Source: Bispira polyomma
Lineage: Eukaryota
NCBI GenBank assembly: GCA_965649765.1
Contig: OZ287757.1
Coordinates: 31,496,001 to 31,560,000 of the forward strand
Length of the DNA stretch: 64,000 nt
Direction: 5' to 3'
Shown in pieces: positions 39,091 through 50,267 of this stretch; positions within the stretch are counted from its first letter, which is position 1; the number at the start of each line of letters is the position of its first letter. The position numbers were made by a program, and so were the translations under genes. The notes under the pieces are model-generated. The model saw only the letters and a program-made list of their open reading frames with translations. It was not told where the DNA came from and made no database searches.

Positions 39091-41159
39091 ATACAAGCTG
39101 AAGTAAGTCAACAAAATATATGTTGAGCCTGCATGTGGCTAAACACACGACAGTGACAAAAAAATAAGGCCACCGAAGAAATTATATCAATAGCAAAAGA
39201 GCATTAACAGAAAAACACAATGTCATGATAGCAATACAGCCAAGGTGGCTCTATTCATGTTCATTAAAAAGATATATTTGAGCTCAGTTGTTGTGGCTTA
39301 CATTCTTTTTTCCGAGAGCCCATTTGGGGACATAAGTGGTATATCTCATGGTAACAGACATATAAGTCTTGCCTTCTTATATGCATAATCCTGTCATGAT
39401 TCATCAGGTTTAAGCTATTAGTTGACCTGGTAAAATAGGTCACTCGCTAAAGGAAATTAATGCAAAAGACATATTACTCATTATTTAGGGTAATAATGCA
39501 CTTAGGGCTTTTTAGATGTATTGATCATTTGTTTATTGTGATACATTATATATAATAAAAAAAGATGTTGTACTTACACAATATAAGCCACAGCCCTAAA
39601 TTCCTGGTTTGTCATTTTTAATTATGATAAAATGCCGATTTAACAATAACTGTACCTTTTTGCTTAAATTTTACCAGCAATATCACTTTATTTTTCAGTG
39701 CAAACTTGAAATTATTGAAATTTTATGTTATGTCCATTTTATTTTAAGTATTCAGTCGAATGTTTTTAAAAAGAAGGATAAATACACAAGAAATGGATTT
39801 CATCTTTAAACACCTCTGATTCTATATAAAAAAGTAATCAAATATATATTATTTTTAACCAAAATATAGATCTTTTAAATTTTATGATACACTAACCAAG
39901 GTTCTATACTCCTTACTTTTAAGTTCTCAATTTCACTGTTGATAAAAGTCTATCTACTATGGAAATATGGCACCAATACAATATTCACTAATTATGGTCA
40001 ATAAAAGTTTAACAGAATAAATTACACTGTTAAATATCTATTATATCATATCATGCACACTGTAACGAAAGTAATCATTAATGTAACAAGGTACAAACTA
40101 ATTTTATCCTCAGGTTTACATATCCACAGACAGTCAAGGATTTCCTTTTATAAAGCTTTATTACCCTCACCCCTGTTTTTTATCACAACACGCCAATGTA
40201 CACTGAGGCAATTGAGATATTTCTGTCTTAAACAAACAGCAGCAGTTTATTTGCAAAATAAGTCCGGGTGCTTCTTTTTCTTGGCCCTAGGTTGAGTTGG
40301 ATTCACCCTTTTTGAATTTTTTCTCTTATAAATGTAACTTTTGAAACAGAAGTCTTAAATCCAAAAATAATCAAGGCTTCGATGGTTTTCTTCTTGAGGT
40401 CTCTCCCCACATGGTAATGCCAGCCAGTAAATAATTATTTGGAGTAATAAAGACATATTGTCTTTGGGGAAATCTGTTTGTATTGGAACAAAAATTTGTA
40501 TTTTTATTATCTGCTTCATCATGTCATTTTAGTGCAAAAAGAAGCATTTGGAAATAATGTAGTAACAAGAAGAGCATTGGCCCACTGAAATGGTATTGGG
40601 AAAGAAATTCTGTGTGCTTTAGAGCTGTCCATTTTCATTCATCGCAAAGATCTCATTACATTTATTTGCTATAACAGCACACATGTTCTTTACAGATAGG
40701 GGGCCAAATGGACACCTCAATCAAACAATAATCTTGAAACCTTTGAAAACAGTTGTTTACTAAGATTGACAGAATGACCCTGAAAGAGAAAGTGTCAGTC
40801 TTACTATTTGTGGTGATGTATTCAGTTTAGATAAATAAAGTTATTTCAAAGTAGATTGAATAAAATGGGAACCTAAAATAGAAACTAAAATGTATTTACT
40901 TTAATGATACCTTTGTTGACTAGCACCAAGATAATGCTAGTTGGCGTCAGACTGAGTTTGAATACTATCACTGTATATCTGGAAATAGGCAGGTCTGCCA
41001 GTGTGGTAATATGTAAGGTTACCTAATGTGTGTTCAGATGTACTAATACACAGCGACTAAATTGCTAAGATTACGTAAATACTTCCAGGATTAAGTCCAC
41101 ACACATTAAAAAAAATATTTTAAAACTTGGAATGGCTATCAAAATATGGCCCCATTAAA

Positions 41160-41776
41160 CAATTTTTTTTATGCGAAGTCTCAAAACACAGTACACAGCT
41201 ATATACTTATCGCAGTATATTCCTATCCGATAATATATTGTGAAAATTAATGTTCAAATATGGTTATCAGCCTCATGTTCGCCAAAAATAATTTCAAACG
41301 GGGGGGGGGGGGGGGGGGGGGGGGGAGGAGGGGGGGCTGACCTGGATCCACCTATGGTGTGAAGAACATAGCTTACAAGGTGGGCCATGAGTGAACTCTA
41401 TGTCTTTCCGAAAACCAAAATCTGAACAAATTAATTCTCACAGTTTTCTGATGATAGAGTTTCTACTGGAATAGAATTTGTATTTGTTCCACAGCCTGCA
41501 CCCAAATATCTTACTTATGTAGTAGATGCTAAATGTATGTGTTTCATGTACACCTTCTTAGTCAACCAAGTTGTACTAACATCTCCATAAAGTTGAAACC
41601 TAGTAATGAGGTGAAAATTGCGATGTGATTCACAAGGAAAGCCATGCAAATTTAATTCAGGGTTCTTACTATGAAACTGCTGAATTTGTCATAGACCAAT
41701 ATATTATCGGATAGGAATATACCTCGATAAGTATATAGCTGTGTACTGTGTTTTGAGACTTCGCATAAAAAAATTG
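41160..41776. mobile_element. Foldback/MITE-like element with ~80-bp terminal inverted repeats
   Basis: 41160-41240 is the near-perfect reverse complement of 41697-41776; G-run at 41300-41337 inside; no TSD identified. Confidence 0.75.
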
Positions 41777-43906
41777 GCTCTCTGTACAATTGGACCATTC
41801 TGCAAAACAAATCCTTTGCAATAAGAATATTTTTTAAACTTGTGATGATCTAATTTTTGCATAACAAAACATAACGTGTTTTGTGGTACACAATGTGTGT
41901 TAATAAATTTGGACCTAATGCTGGACCAAATTTTTCTGCTTTAGCATGTCACATGTACATAAAAACATACACATTTCGTTGTATTTCATTCTGCAAACAT
42001 GAGGGAAAAATATACGGACATCCCCTACTGTACACCTATGCTCAAACACAGGTTAATCCCATGTATGGACTTAAAAATTAGTCAAGACTATTACTTTAAG
42101 GTCACAGGTCAAAATGCATATTTGACACACACCTACATATCTTGGTAAATATCTGTAAATATATGTACTGCCTATATGTGTGGTTCCGGTAGTCTGTAGT
42201 GTAATTGTTATTTCCTTAAATTTCACACCTTAGTCAGCAAAGAAAAAAAGTTTGTTTTTTAGTCATTTTTCAAAGTTCCGCCATCTTAGCATCCATTAAA
42301 TCTCCTAGATAATGAATGGCTGCAACTTGTTAAGAGTTCCATTTATTGTGCACTTCCACTTGTGCACTTGCAGAAATACCCAATAGACAAAAGGTCATGG
42401 GGTAAAAACCTGAATGTCTGATGTTAAAGGTAGGTTTCATTTTTATCTATCTTACTTGTCTTATCACTGACGACAGTTCTATTTATGTTATTATTCGCCA
42501 TAAGGAAATACCAAACACTTATACAAAATTAATTAGTAAACTTGCCTGAAATTAAAAATATATTAAAATAATGACAGCTTGCCAAGGGTATTACCATTAA
42601 TAACCATGTGGTGTGTGAGTTTAAGCATGATTTTAAGTTGAAGAGCTTTGATACATAGAGGTTTAGTAGTGTTCCTATGCCACAGAGACATTATGGAACA
42701 GGGTCGTTATTAGGACAGTCACTAAATTCAGGATGCTTTGAAACATAATCGTGTCACAATTTCCCACCACAATTTCCCAGTTTGAACCTTTTTGTCTCAA
42801 ACTGTAACACGTTGCGTAATGTAATCTGACTAGTGCTATAAAAAATCAGGGTTTTAATCAAAGGTCCACATGAAACCTTATTACTATTTTAAAAGATGCA
42901 GGGAGCAAGTTGTTCAGCTACATGGAGATAAATTACCTGGTGTCTGCAAAGGACCTGTTTTCCCCTACATAAATATACACAATACCACAAAGGCGTAGTA
43001 AAAAAAGGTGAACCGTGGTACTAGGTTTGATCAAAAGGACAGCCATGTTATTTTAATCTAGGGTTTATTCGCTCTTGTCTCCCATTTGGGGCAAGATGGG
43101 GCAGATCACAGGAGGGTGAAACATAGTCACATAGTTAGATGTAATGTTCATCACAGGGGGTGGAGGGGTATTTATGATTGTCTAAAATATTACATGGGAT
43201 ACCATGTAATATGGGTCAATTTCTATTTGACATATATATATCCTATTGCTAAGACACAAAGAAATCCCCCTTGTCATTTTTAAATCAATCTCACTGTAAT
43301 ACCTAGGTCACACATTAAAGGTTAGGCCTGGGGAATGGCTAAAACATTGAATCCCAGGTAATTCATGATAAAACCAGATTTATATTAGATAAATGCTGTG
43401 CATCTTTGAACTTTTCATCAAATATGGCTGTACTTGAAGAATATGAAGTCAAACTCAAACAAATTAAAGGATTTGTATACTTGTATACAACGTGTATATG
43501 TTTTTACCCGTGAGAAAGCTAACAAACTAAAACACTCATTTTTCAGCCATTTTACAACAAAGGCTACAGGTAATAAATATAATTTATCCGTGCATACACA
43601 GGCATATTCAGGGCCTGAAATATAGCAACAGCTTGGATGTAAGGGTCTTAACGTAAAACCTGTTTGTAAAAAGTTATAGGCCAGCAGAATTCCCTTGTTA
43701 GGATAGTTTAATGTTGTATCCTTGATGTTATTATTTATGCATAATAAATAATAACCCAACTCCCTATTCACAACTTTGAATTGTATAAATGTTTCCTCCA
43801 AGGGGATTTCATTTGGGTCCCTTCTTCCCCTATCTTTCTCTTTACATGATATCAAATGTGGCTTTAGAATTCAGGAAAAACTGCAGGACCACATTATTGA
43901 ATAGAA

Positions 43907-44150
43907 TTTGAATATTTAACGTCCACTCTAGTACCTTTTAGTAGGTTATATTGGGACGGGTAGTTGGAAACGCTGGAGGAAACACTGCATACAGTCGGTC
44001 AAGGTTCTGCAGAGAAACCAGCGGCCCACAGTAAGGAACTACCACCTTTCCCACATAGGCATCGACGGGATTCGAACTCACGCCGCCCAGAGGTGAGAGA
44101 CCAGTGATTGTGAAGCGCAATGCTTGCTAACCACTAGGCCACTGCGGCCC
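43907..44150 (-). mobile_element. tRNA-derived SINE, family 1 copy d
   Basis: TSD CATTATTGAATAGAA at 43892 and 44151; empty paralog near 27881. Confidence 0.93.
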
Positions 44151-45339
44151 CATTATTGAATAGAAAAACAACTTTTTAACAAGTGAAAGAAATTTACCTC
44201 AAACCATCTATATGGAAATAAATGCCAAGAGTCTGAAGCATGATGAAATGAGAGTTTTATCGTTTCAGTGTCACTCAATGCTTATAAGTTTTGTTATCAG
44301 AACTTGTTTTCTTGTGGTTGTCCATGCTTGACATTTAGATTGTCTTAGGTAAGGTTTAGCTAACTAATACATCTTGTGTGTTTACCACTAGTAAATATAC
44401 AAATTTAGTGAATCTGGGACGTGATTCACAAACATTTTTAGAAGACCGTTCTTAGAATTTTCTTTGTCTCAGGCAATCAGATTCTTTGTAACAATATTTG
44501 TAACAAATACAATTGGTGGACACAAGATTTCAAGAATTACTGTCTTTGTGAATATACCAGCCCTGGCCCCAGATCCATAGATATGTAACAAAGGAATAGT
44601 TGTAAAGTATTTATTCGTTGGGTGTAACACTCCTGACAACTGACAACAGAATGGTTTATTTTGTCGTCCACTATGTACTTTGTGAGATACAACCAAGTTA
44701 AAATAGGAAATATTGGTGATTGGTAACCTTGTCTATAAGAGCCTTATTAAATACATCATTGAAAATTATCAATAAACTTGAGCAAAAATATGTAGGGAGG
44801 ATGTTACAAACATCTACTGTCGATGGCTATGGACAAAGATGACTTTCAAACAAACATGGGGGCAAGTCATAACAAGAGTTGCCTTTTAAAAAAGACATTG
44901 ACACACTCTGTGATTAACACCTCTCAGTTTGGCTGGGTCGATTGCCTCCACCAATCCACAAATGCATTTCATATTATTTCTAACATGGTGGTACCCTTTT
45001 CTACGTTGGCACTCTTGCAGAGTAAAAAAACAAGATCACACCAAACTTGATAAAAATAGATACTAGCTCAGTAAATAAACAAACTTAGTTATAACTAGAT
45101 CATAGTGGTTACACAACAGGGAACATATATGCCATGGCGTAATTAGCTAGTGCTTCAAGTAAGTGGGGTAAAGCGTGATATATTTATTATCGCTACCGGA
45201 TACAGTCCAAACGTCCAAAGGTCATGAAATTAATTAACACTACATTTGGATTTGAAATCTTATTATATAATGTATATATACTTGTTTTCAATGCATATAC
45301 ATAACAATATTATAAATATTTTTTACAAAAGGTATAATA

Positions 45340-45592
45340 AATTTGAATTTGGATATTTAACGTCCACTCTAGTACCTTTTAGTAGGTTATATTGAGACGG
45401 GTAGTTGGAAATGCTAGAGGAAACACTGCATACAGTCGGTCAAAGTTCTGCAGAGAAACCAGCGGCCCACATTAAGGAACTACCACCTTTCCAACATAGA
45501 CATCGACGGGATTCAAACTCACGCCACCCAGAGGTGAGAGACCAGTGATTGTGAAGTGCAATGCTTGCTAACCACTAGGCCACCACGACCCC
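45340..45592 (-). mobile_element. tRNA-derived SINE, family 1 copy e
   Basis: TSD ACAAAAGGTATAATA at 45325 and 45593. Confidence 0.93.
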
Positions 45593-46681
45593 ACAAAAGG
45601 TATAATACAATGCACATGAAATATTGTTGTAATTTACAGTTGGAAGCCAAGAACACTACTGGAGGCTATTTATAAAATTGCATTAGTGTTAGCGAAAAGT
45701 TAAAACCATATAATTTTGAAAATAATGCCTATAAATAAATTACTGAGGGCAGAATCAAAATGTAAATGCACTTGTATAAGGTGGTGTCAGCCTGAGTGAC
45801 TGGCAGGTCTTGTGACTGATGAACGGAATCAACTTAGTATAAGAACAGGATAATTGTAAATGTATATGTAAAAGATGTACATATTTTAGAAAACCACCCA
45901 GGCAGTTTTTTGTCATTTATGCAAAGAGGGGTTATGTTCCCAAGACGATTCTGAGAATAACTAATATATATTTTTAAATATTTGCTTATATCTATATAAC
46001 ACAATGCAATAAGATTGCAAATAGACTAAAACGTGAAACTCAATATTATACAACTGTTTCACTCGTGGTGTCTAGGCTTCACGGGAGTCAGTCCTGCCCC
46101 CCTCTTAAAATTCTTAAGTTACCAGCCTGGTTTTGACAGGTAAAAAGTAAATGACATCATAAGGAATTCCACTTGTTACTAGGGGTTCAAATGTTTATTC
46201 TGAATTCTCATTGGCTCCCAACTTGGGGTATGCTTAAGAAATCCATTTTACCTTCAGTTTAAAATTTTCTAGTCAACAGCACAGACGTGCTGAGAGTTTT
46301 TTACAAGAATTTGTTTTTAAAAGTTAGATTTACAAATGTTTGGGATGAAACTGAACTGTCTTAGTGATTTTAGTCGTCAGTTATACACATGTGCATGGAA
46401 TTAATTACAAATTGAATATGTACATAACACTGGAAGTCGTGTATTGATGATTGGAAGTTCAAAGCAATTGTCAGTGTTGAAGCCCAGCTGATCTGTCAAC
46501 CTCATGCTTGGTTCGCCCGAAAGGGCAGCAAAAAGGGACGGTCTAACCTATTTCTGTTACTCACCACTAAATTGGGTTCTGAAACTTGAATTGGTTGGCC
46601 AAGCGTGAATTTGTCAAATCAGCACTGAGGGATTTGTTTTTCATCTTGTTTCAGAAAGGAACATTGACTTAAAAAGTAAAA

Positions 46682-47797
46682 ATGCCACAAAGCAAATCAC
46701 TATGTAAAAAGTGCATGAACAGACATTTACCCCCAACCGGGAAAAAGTGTAAACAAATGGAAGTGCTTGAACAGGTCACCCGCCAGTCTGACATGTCAGA
46801 CGCCACAGACACCCCAGTTCGTGGAAGACGGGAGGCAGCAGCGTCGGCGCCAGGAGGGATAGACAGCGTGCAGATGCAAATACTCAGTGAACTGAAGAAG
46901 GTCAACTCACGGCTGGATGCAGTTGAGGAGCAAGTTGCAGATGTGAGAGCAAAGGAGACAGACTCTGAACGGGACTTGCAAAAGTTAAGTACTGGTTTTC
47001 ACAAACATTCTCGTAAAGCTAAAAGAGGTACAAAAAGTAAAAAGGTGTGTGATAGTGACAGTTCCTCTGATGAGTCAATAGTACCCACTATGTCCGTGTT
47101 AAGGTCCTCCCAAGAGATACAAAGAGAAGTAGACAACAGATTGAGGGAATTAGAGCACGAAGGGGTCTGTCATGCAGGTAATTATTTTGTTTCAAAAATC
47201 AAATCCAAAAGGGGGGGAAATGTTGACGTGATTGTAAAAAATAAGGTGGCCTGGCCACATGAGTGCATACTAGGGGGAAATAGTAGGCAGAGGCTTGCAT
47301 ATGACCAGTTGTCACTCACACAGTGGGTACAGGGATTCTGTAAAAATATTTTAGATGAAAATGATAACTCACTCAAAGAAAAGATGATACAATACATGTC
47401 TGAGCTGATGGAAGACGCCACAGATTTTTCGTGGCAGGGGGCAAAAGCGGCCCATGCGGTCCTCTTATGCGAAATGGAGAGGGGAACTGTCTCATGGCAG
47501 AACACTTCTCGCATTGAAAGGATACGCAGGGCCCATGCACAAAAACATTTACTGGGGCAGGGCAAATCTACTTGGGTCAAAAGCAATGAAACGGGCAAGA
47601 AACCTTGGTTTTGTAAAAATTTCCAGAACGGGAGCTGCACTCATAGTAAGGATCATGAGTTTGGGGGGAAAACTTACAGGCACATCTGTTCTCATTGTCT
47701 GGAAAAGGGCAAAGAACTAAATCATGCAGAAAAAGATTGTCATTTTGCAAAAAAGAAAGTATTTTCAAAAAACGAGCATGTGGCTGCTCAACTTTAA
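46682..47797 (+). CDS. gag: Gag-like protein (N-terminal CxxCxxxH knuckle, coiled coil, C-terminal Cys/His fingers)
   Basis: 371-aa ORF; CKKCMNRHLPPTGKKC; CKNFQNGSCTHSKDH...HICSHC...HAEKDC; conserved with E1 and E3. Confidence 0.88.
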   Translation: MPQSKSLCKKCMNRHLPPTGKKCKQMEVLEQVTRQSDMSDATDTPVRGRREAAASAPGGIDSVQMQILSELKKVNSRLDAVEEQVADVRAKETDSERDLQKLSTGFHKHSRKAKRGTKSKKVCDSDSSSDESIVPTMSVLRSSQEIQREVDNRLRELEHEGVCHAGNYFVSKIKSKRGGNVDVIVKNKVAWPHECILGGNSRQRLAYDQLSLTQWVQGFCKNILDENDNSLKEKMIQYMSELMEDATDFSWQGAKAAHAVLLCEMERGTVSWQNTSRIERIRRAHAQKHLLGQGKSTWVKSNETGKKPWFCKNFQNGSCTHSKDHEFGGKTYRHICSHCLEKGKELNHAEKDCHFAKKKVFSKNEHVAAQL

Positions 47798-50265
47798 ATC
47801 CGAGTGAGGGCAGCTACGAAATGAAACTCAGACATGAAGGTTGTAAAAATGTAAGTGGTGAACAAAAAGCTTCTAGAAATGTAGTGAAACCAGTCGTTGT
47901 GTGTAAAGAAACCAGTAGATATACACCTCCAGTGCAGGGTGATCATTTTAGAACCAGAGTGTTTTATAATAGTCAGATTAATGTGAAAGAAACACAGTCT
48001 TTGATGGCTCGTACAACGCTCCAAAGTTTTAAGTTTAGGAACACACATGTTGTCTGGCCCTGTCAGAATACGGCTAGTAAAAGCATGACCAGAACCTTCT
48101 ACTCTCGAAAACAAAAACAGGCCGACATTAAAAAACAAGATCAGGACATTGGGGGCTTTTGTCAAAAGCAATATGGTAATACCACAGAATCCAAGATCGA
48201 TTGTGCAGACAAAAGGGTCGCAAAAACATTAGAATTGGACTCGGCAGACAAATTCAGGGGGCATAGTGACACGTCAGGTCACAACAAGGCATCAAGGGGG
48301 GACACGGGTAGCGACATGTGTGTTTCTAATCTTAATGGTGACAATGCACAAGGAAATGCCCACGCAAGTAATGTAGAGAAACCCATAATAGGTGGGTCAA
48401 AGGGTGTCACAAAGTTATTATATGATGTGAACAAATATTCCATTGATGACAAATTTATAAACTCGGTACTTGGTAGAAAGAAAGTATGTGAAATGGACAG
48501 TGTAGCACTAAATAGTGTTTTTAGTTTCACAAAGTGGAGAAAACAGTCTCAATTCGAGTTTGGATTTATTCCATTATCCGATGCTGTGACCGATGACAAC
48601 GGCGTATTACCTCACCACAGTACTGTGGTAGATCCGATTATGCAACACTTTGTTATCCAAAAAACTGGTGTTCATAATTTCAAAGGTGCGCGTATTCCGT
48701 TAAACTCCCAGTTAAAAGTCAAAAACTGGAAAAAGCATTTAGTACATTATTGGGATCAGCAATTGCTTCAGCTTATTGAGTTCGGCTTCCCACTAGATTT
48801 CAATAGACAGTGTCCTTTAAGATGGGAAGGGGGAAATCATAAGTCGGCCACAGAATGTCCCAAAGATATAGAAGTGTATTTGGAAGAGGAAACCAAACAT
48901 GGCGCCATAATCGGCCCTTTTAGTGAGAATCCAATCAAAACGGGTCACTGCTCCCCTTTCATGAGCAGAGAAAAACCCAATTCGGATAACAGAAGGGTGA
49001 TAGTAGACCTTAGCTGGCCTCCAGAGGCTTCCGTTAACGCAGGGGTGGACAAAAACCAATATCTAGGTCGTGAGTTTAACCTGACCTTTCCCACGGTTGA
49101 TCATATAACGGCTGAACTCAACAAGTTGGGTAGAGGAGCGTTCTTGTACAAAATTGACGTCAGTCGTGCGTTCAGGCATGTGAAAATCGATCCTCACGAC
49201 TATGACCTGCTAGGTCTTTCTTGGAAAGGGGCATATATTGACACCTGCTTGCCATTTGGTAGTAGACATGGCAGTCAGATCTTTCAAAGATTGAGTGACG
49301 CAGTGCGTTACGTAATGCGTTGTCATGGTCACAGCGTCGTCAACTACATAGATGATTTTATAGGCTACGGCACGCCGTCGGTGGTGCACCACTCATACAA
49401 TAAACTATTGCAAACGTTGCAAGACTTAGGTCTAACCATTAGCCAAAAGAAACTGATACCTCCTGCAACTGAGGCAGTATGTCTGGGCGTATTGATAAAC
49501 ACGGTAGAGGGTACAATATCAATACCCAAAGAAAAACTCGAACTTATACAAAAAACGGTCGAACAGTGGCATCATAAAAGTACTTGCACAAAACGTCAAC
49601 TGCAGTCATTGCTCGGGTTGTTGTTATATGTTCACAAATGCGTTAAGCCTGCCAGAACCTTTCTGAATAGAATGCTTGGATTGTTGAGATGTTCATATAA
49701 TCAAAGTAGTATTAAACTCACAAGTGATTTCCATAGGGATCTCAGGTGGTTCAGTAGGTTTCTGCCATTGTACAATGGGGTTTCCATGTATGACCATAGG
49801 TGTGTGGATCACGTACTGGAATTGGATGCCTGCCTCAGTGGCCTGGGGGGAGTTTGGAAAAATTGGGTGTATCATTTCCCCATAACCAAAGGTTACATGA
49901 GCTTAGGAATAGTACATCTGGAGATGGTCAATATTTTGCTGGCCTGCAGGCTTTTTCAAAGGGAATGGACCAAAAAGAAAGTACTGATAAAGTGTGACAA
50001 TCAAGCAGTAGTGTGGGCCTTACAAATGGGCAGAGCTAAGGATCCTTTTTTGGCTGCCTGTGCAAGGAACATCTGGTATGTCGCGGCATTGGCTGATATC
50101 GAATTCCAGTACGTCCATATTCTGGGTAAGCAAAATAGAACAGCTGACCTCCTGTCAAGGTGGCAAAACACTACCGAAAATTACAATGAATTGCATAAAT
50201 ATGTTACTAAACCTGTATGGCTAGCACCTGTGATACAAATGATCAATGTAGATAACGAGTTGTAG
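47695..50265 (+). CDS. pol: Reverse transcriptase / RNase H (probably entered by -1 frameshift at 47767-47773)
   Basis: 856-aa ORF with KIDVSRAF, LPFGSRHG and YIDD; RNase H DAC / LEM / CDN / ADLLSR. No protease, DDE integrase or methyltransferase motifs seen. Confidence 0.95.
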   Translation: MSGKGQRTKSCRKRLSFCKKESIFKKRACGCSTLNPSEGSYEMKLRHEGCKNVSGEQKASRNVVKPVVVCKETSRYTPPVQGDHFRTRVFYNSQINVKETQSLMARTTLQSFKFRNTHVVWPCQNTASKSMTRTFYSRKQKQADIKKQDQDIGGFCQKQYGNTTESKIDCADKRVAKTLELDSADKFRGHSDTSGHNKASRGDTGSDMCVSNLNGDNAQGNAHASNVEKPIIGGSKGVTKLLYDVNKYSIDDKFINSVLGRKKVCEMDSVALNSVFSFTKWRKQSQFEFGFIPLSDAVTDDNGVLPHHSTVVDPIMQHFVIQKTGVHNFKGARIPLNSQLKVKNWKKHLVHYWDQQLLQLIEFGFPLDFNRQCPLRWEGGNHKSATECPKDIEVYLEEETKHGAIIGPFSENPIKTGHCSPFMSREKPNSDNRRVIVDLSWPPEASVNAGVDKNQYLGREFNLTFPTVDHITAELNKLGRGAFLYKIDVSRAFRHVKIDPHDYDLLGLSWKGAYIDTCLPFGSRHGSQIFQRLSDAVRYVMRCHGHSVVNYIDDFIGYGTPSVVHHSYNKLLQTLQDLGLTISQKKLIPPATEAVCLGVLINTVEGTISIPKEKLELIQKTVEQWHHKSTCTKRQLQSLLGLLLYVHKCVKPARTFLNRMLGLLRCSYNQSSIKLTSDFHRDLRWFSRFLPLYNGVSMYDHRCVDHVLELDACLSGLGGVWKNWVYHFPITKGYMSLGIVHLEMVNILLACRLFQREWTKKKVLIKCDNQAVVWALQMGRAKDPFLAACARNIWYVAALADIEFQYVHILGKQNRTADLLSRWQNTTENYNELHKYVTKPVWLAPVIQMINVDNEL

Positions 50266-50267
50266 AT

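Larger units (their letters stand above)
28690..41140 (+). repeat. Segmental duplication unit (split by E3); paralogs at ~53340-58425 and ~60560-64000
   Basis: Collinear diverged matches, e.g. 28690/53340/60560, 29520/54100/61125, 37680/55200/62310, 39660/56716/63738 and 40260/57391. Confidence 0.82.

Noticed and set aside
47182-47640. Antisense and alternate-frame ORFs inside the YR elements (e.g. 4314-4610, 19649-20110, 50594-50896)
   Set aside because: Shadow frames of real ORFs with no recognisable motifs.
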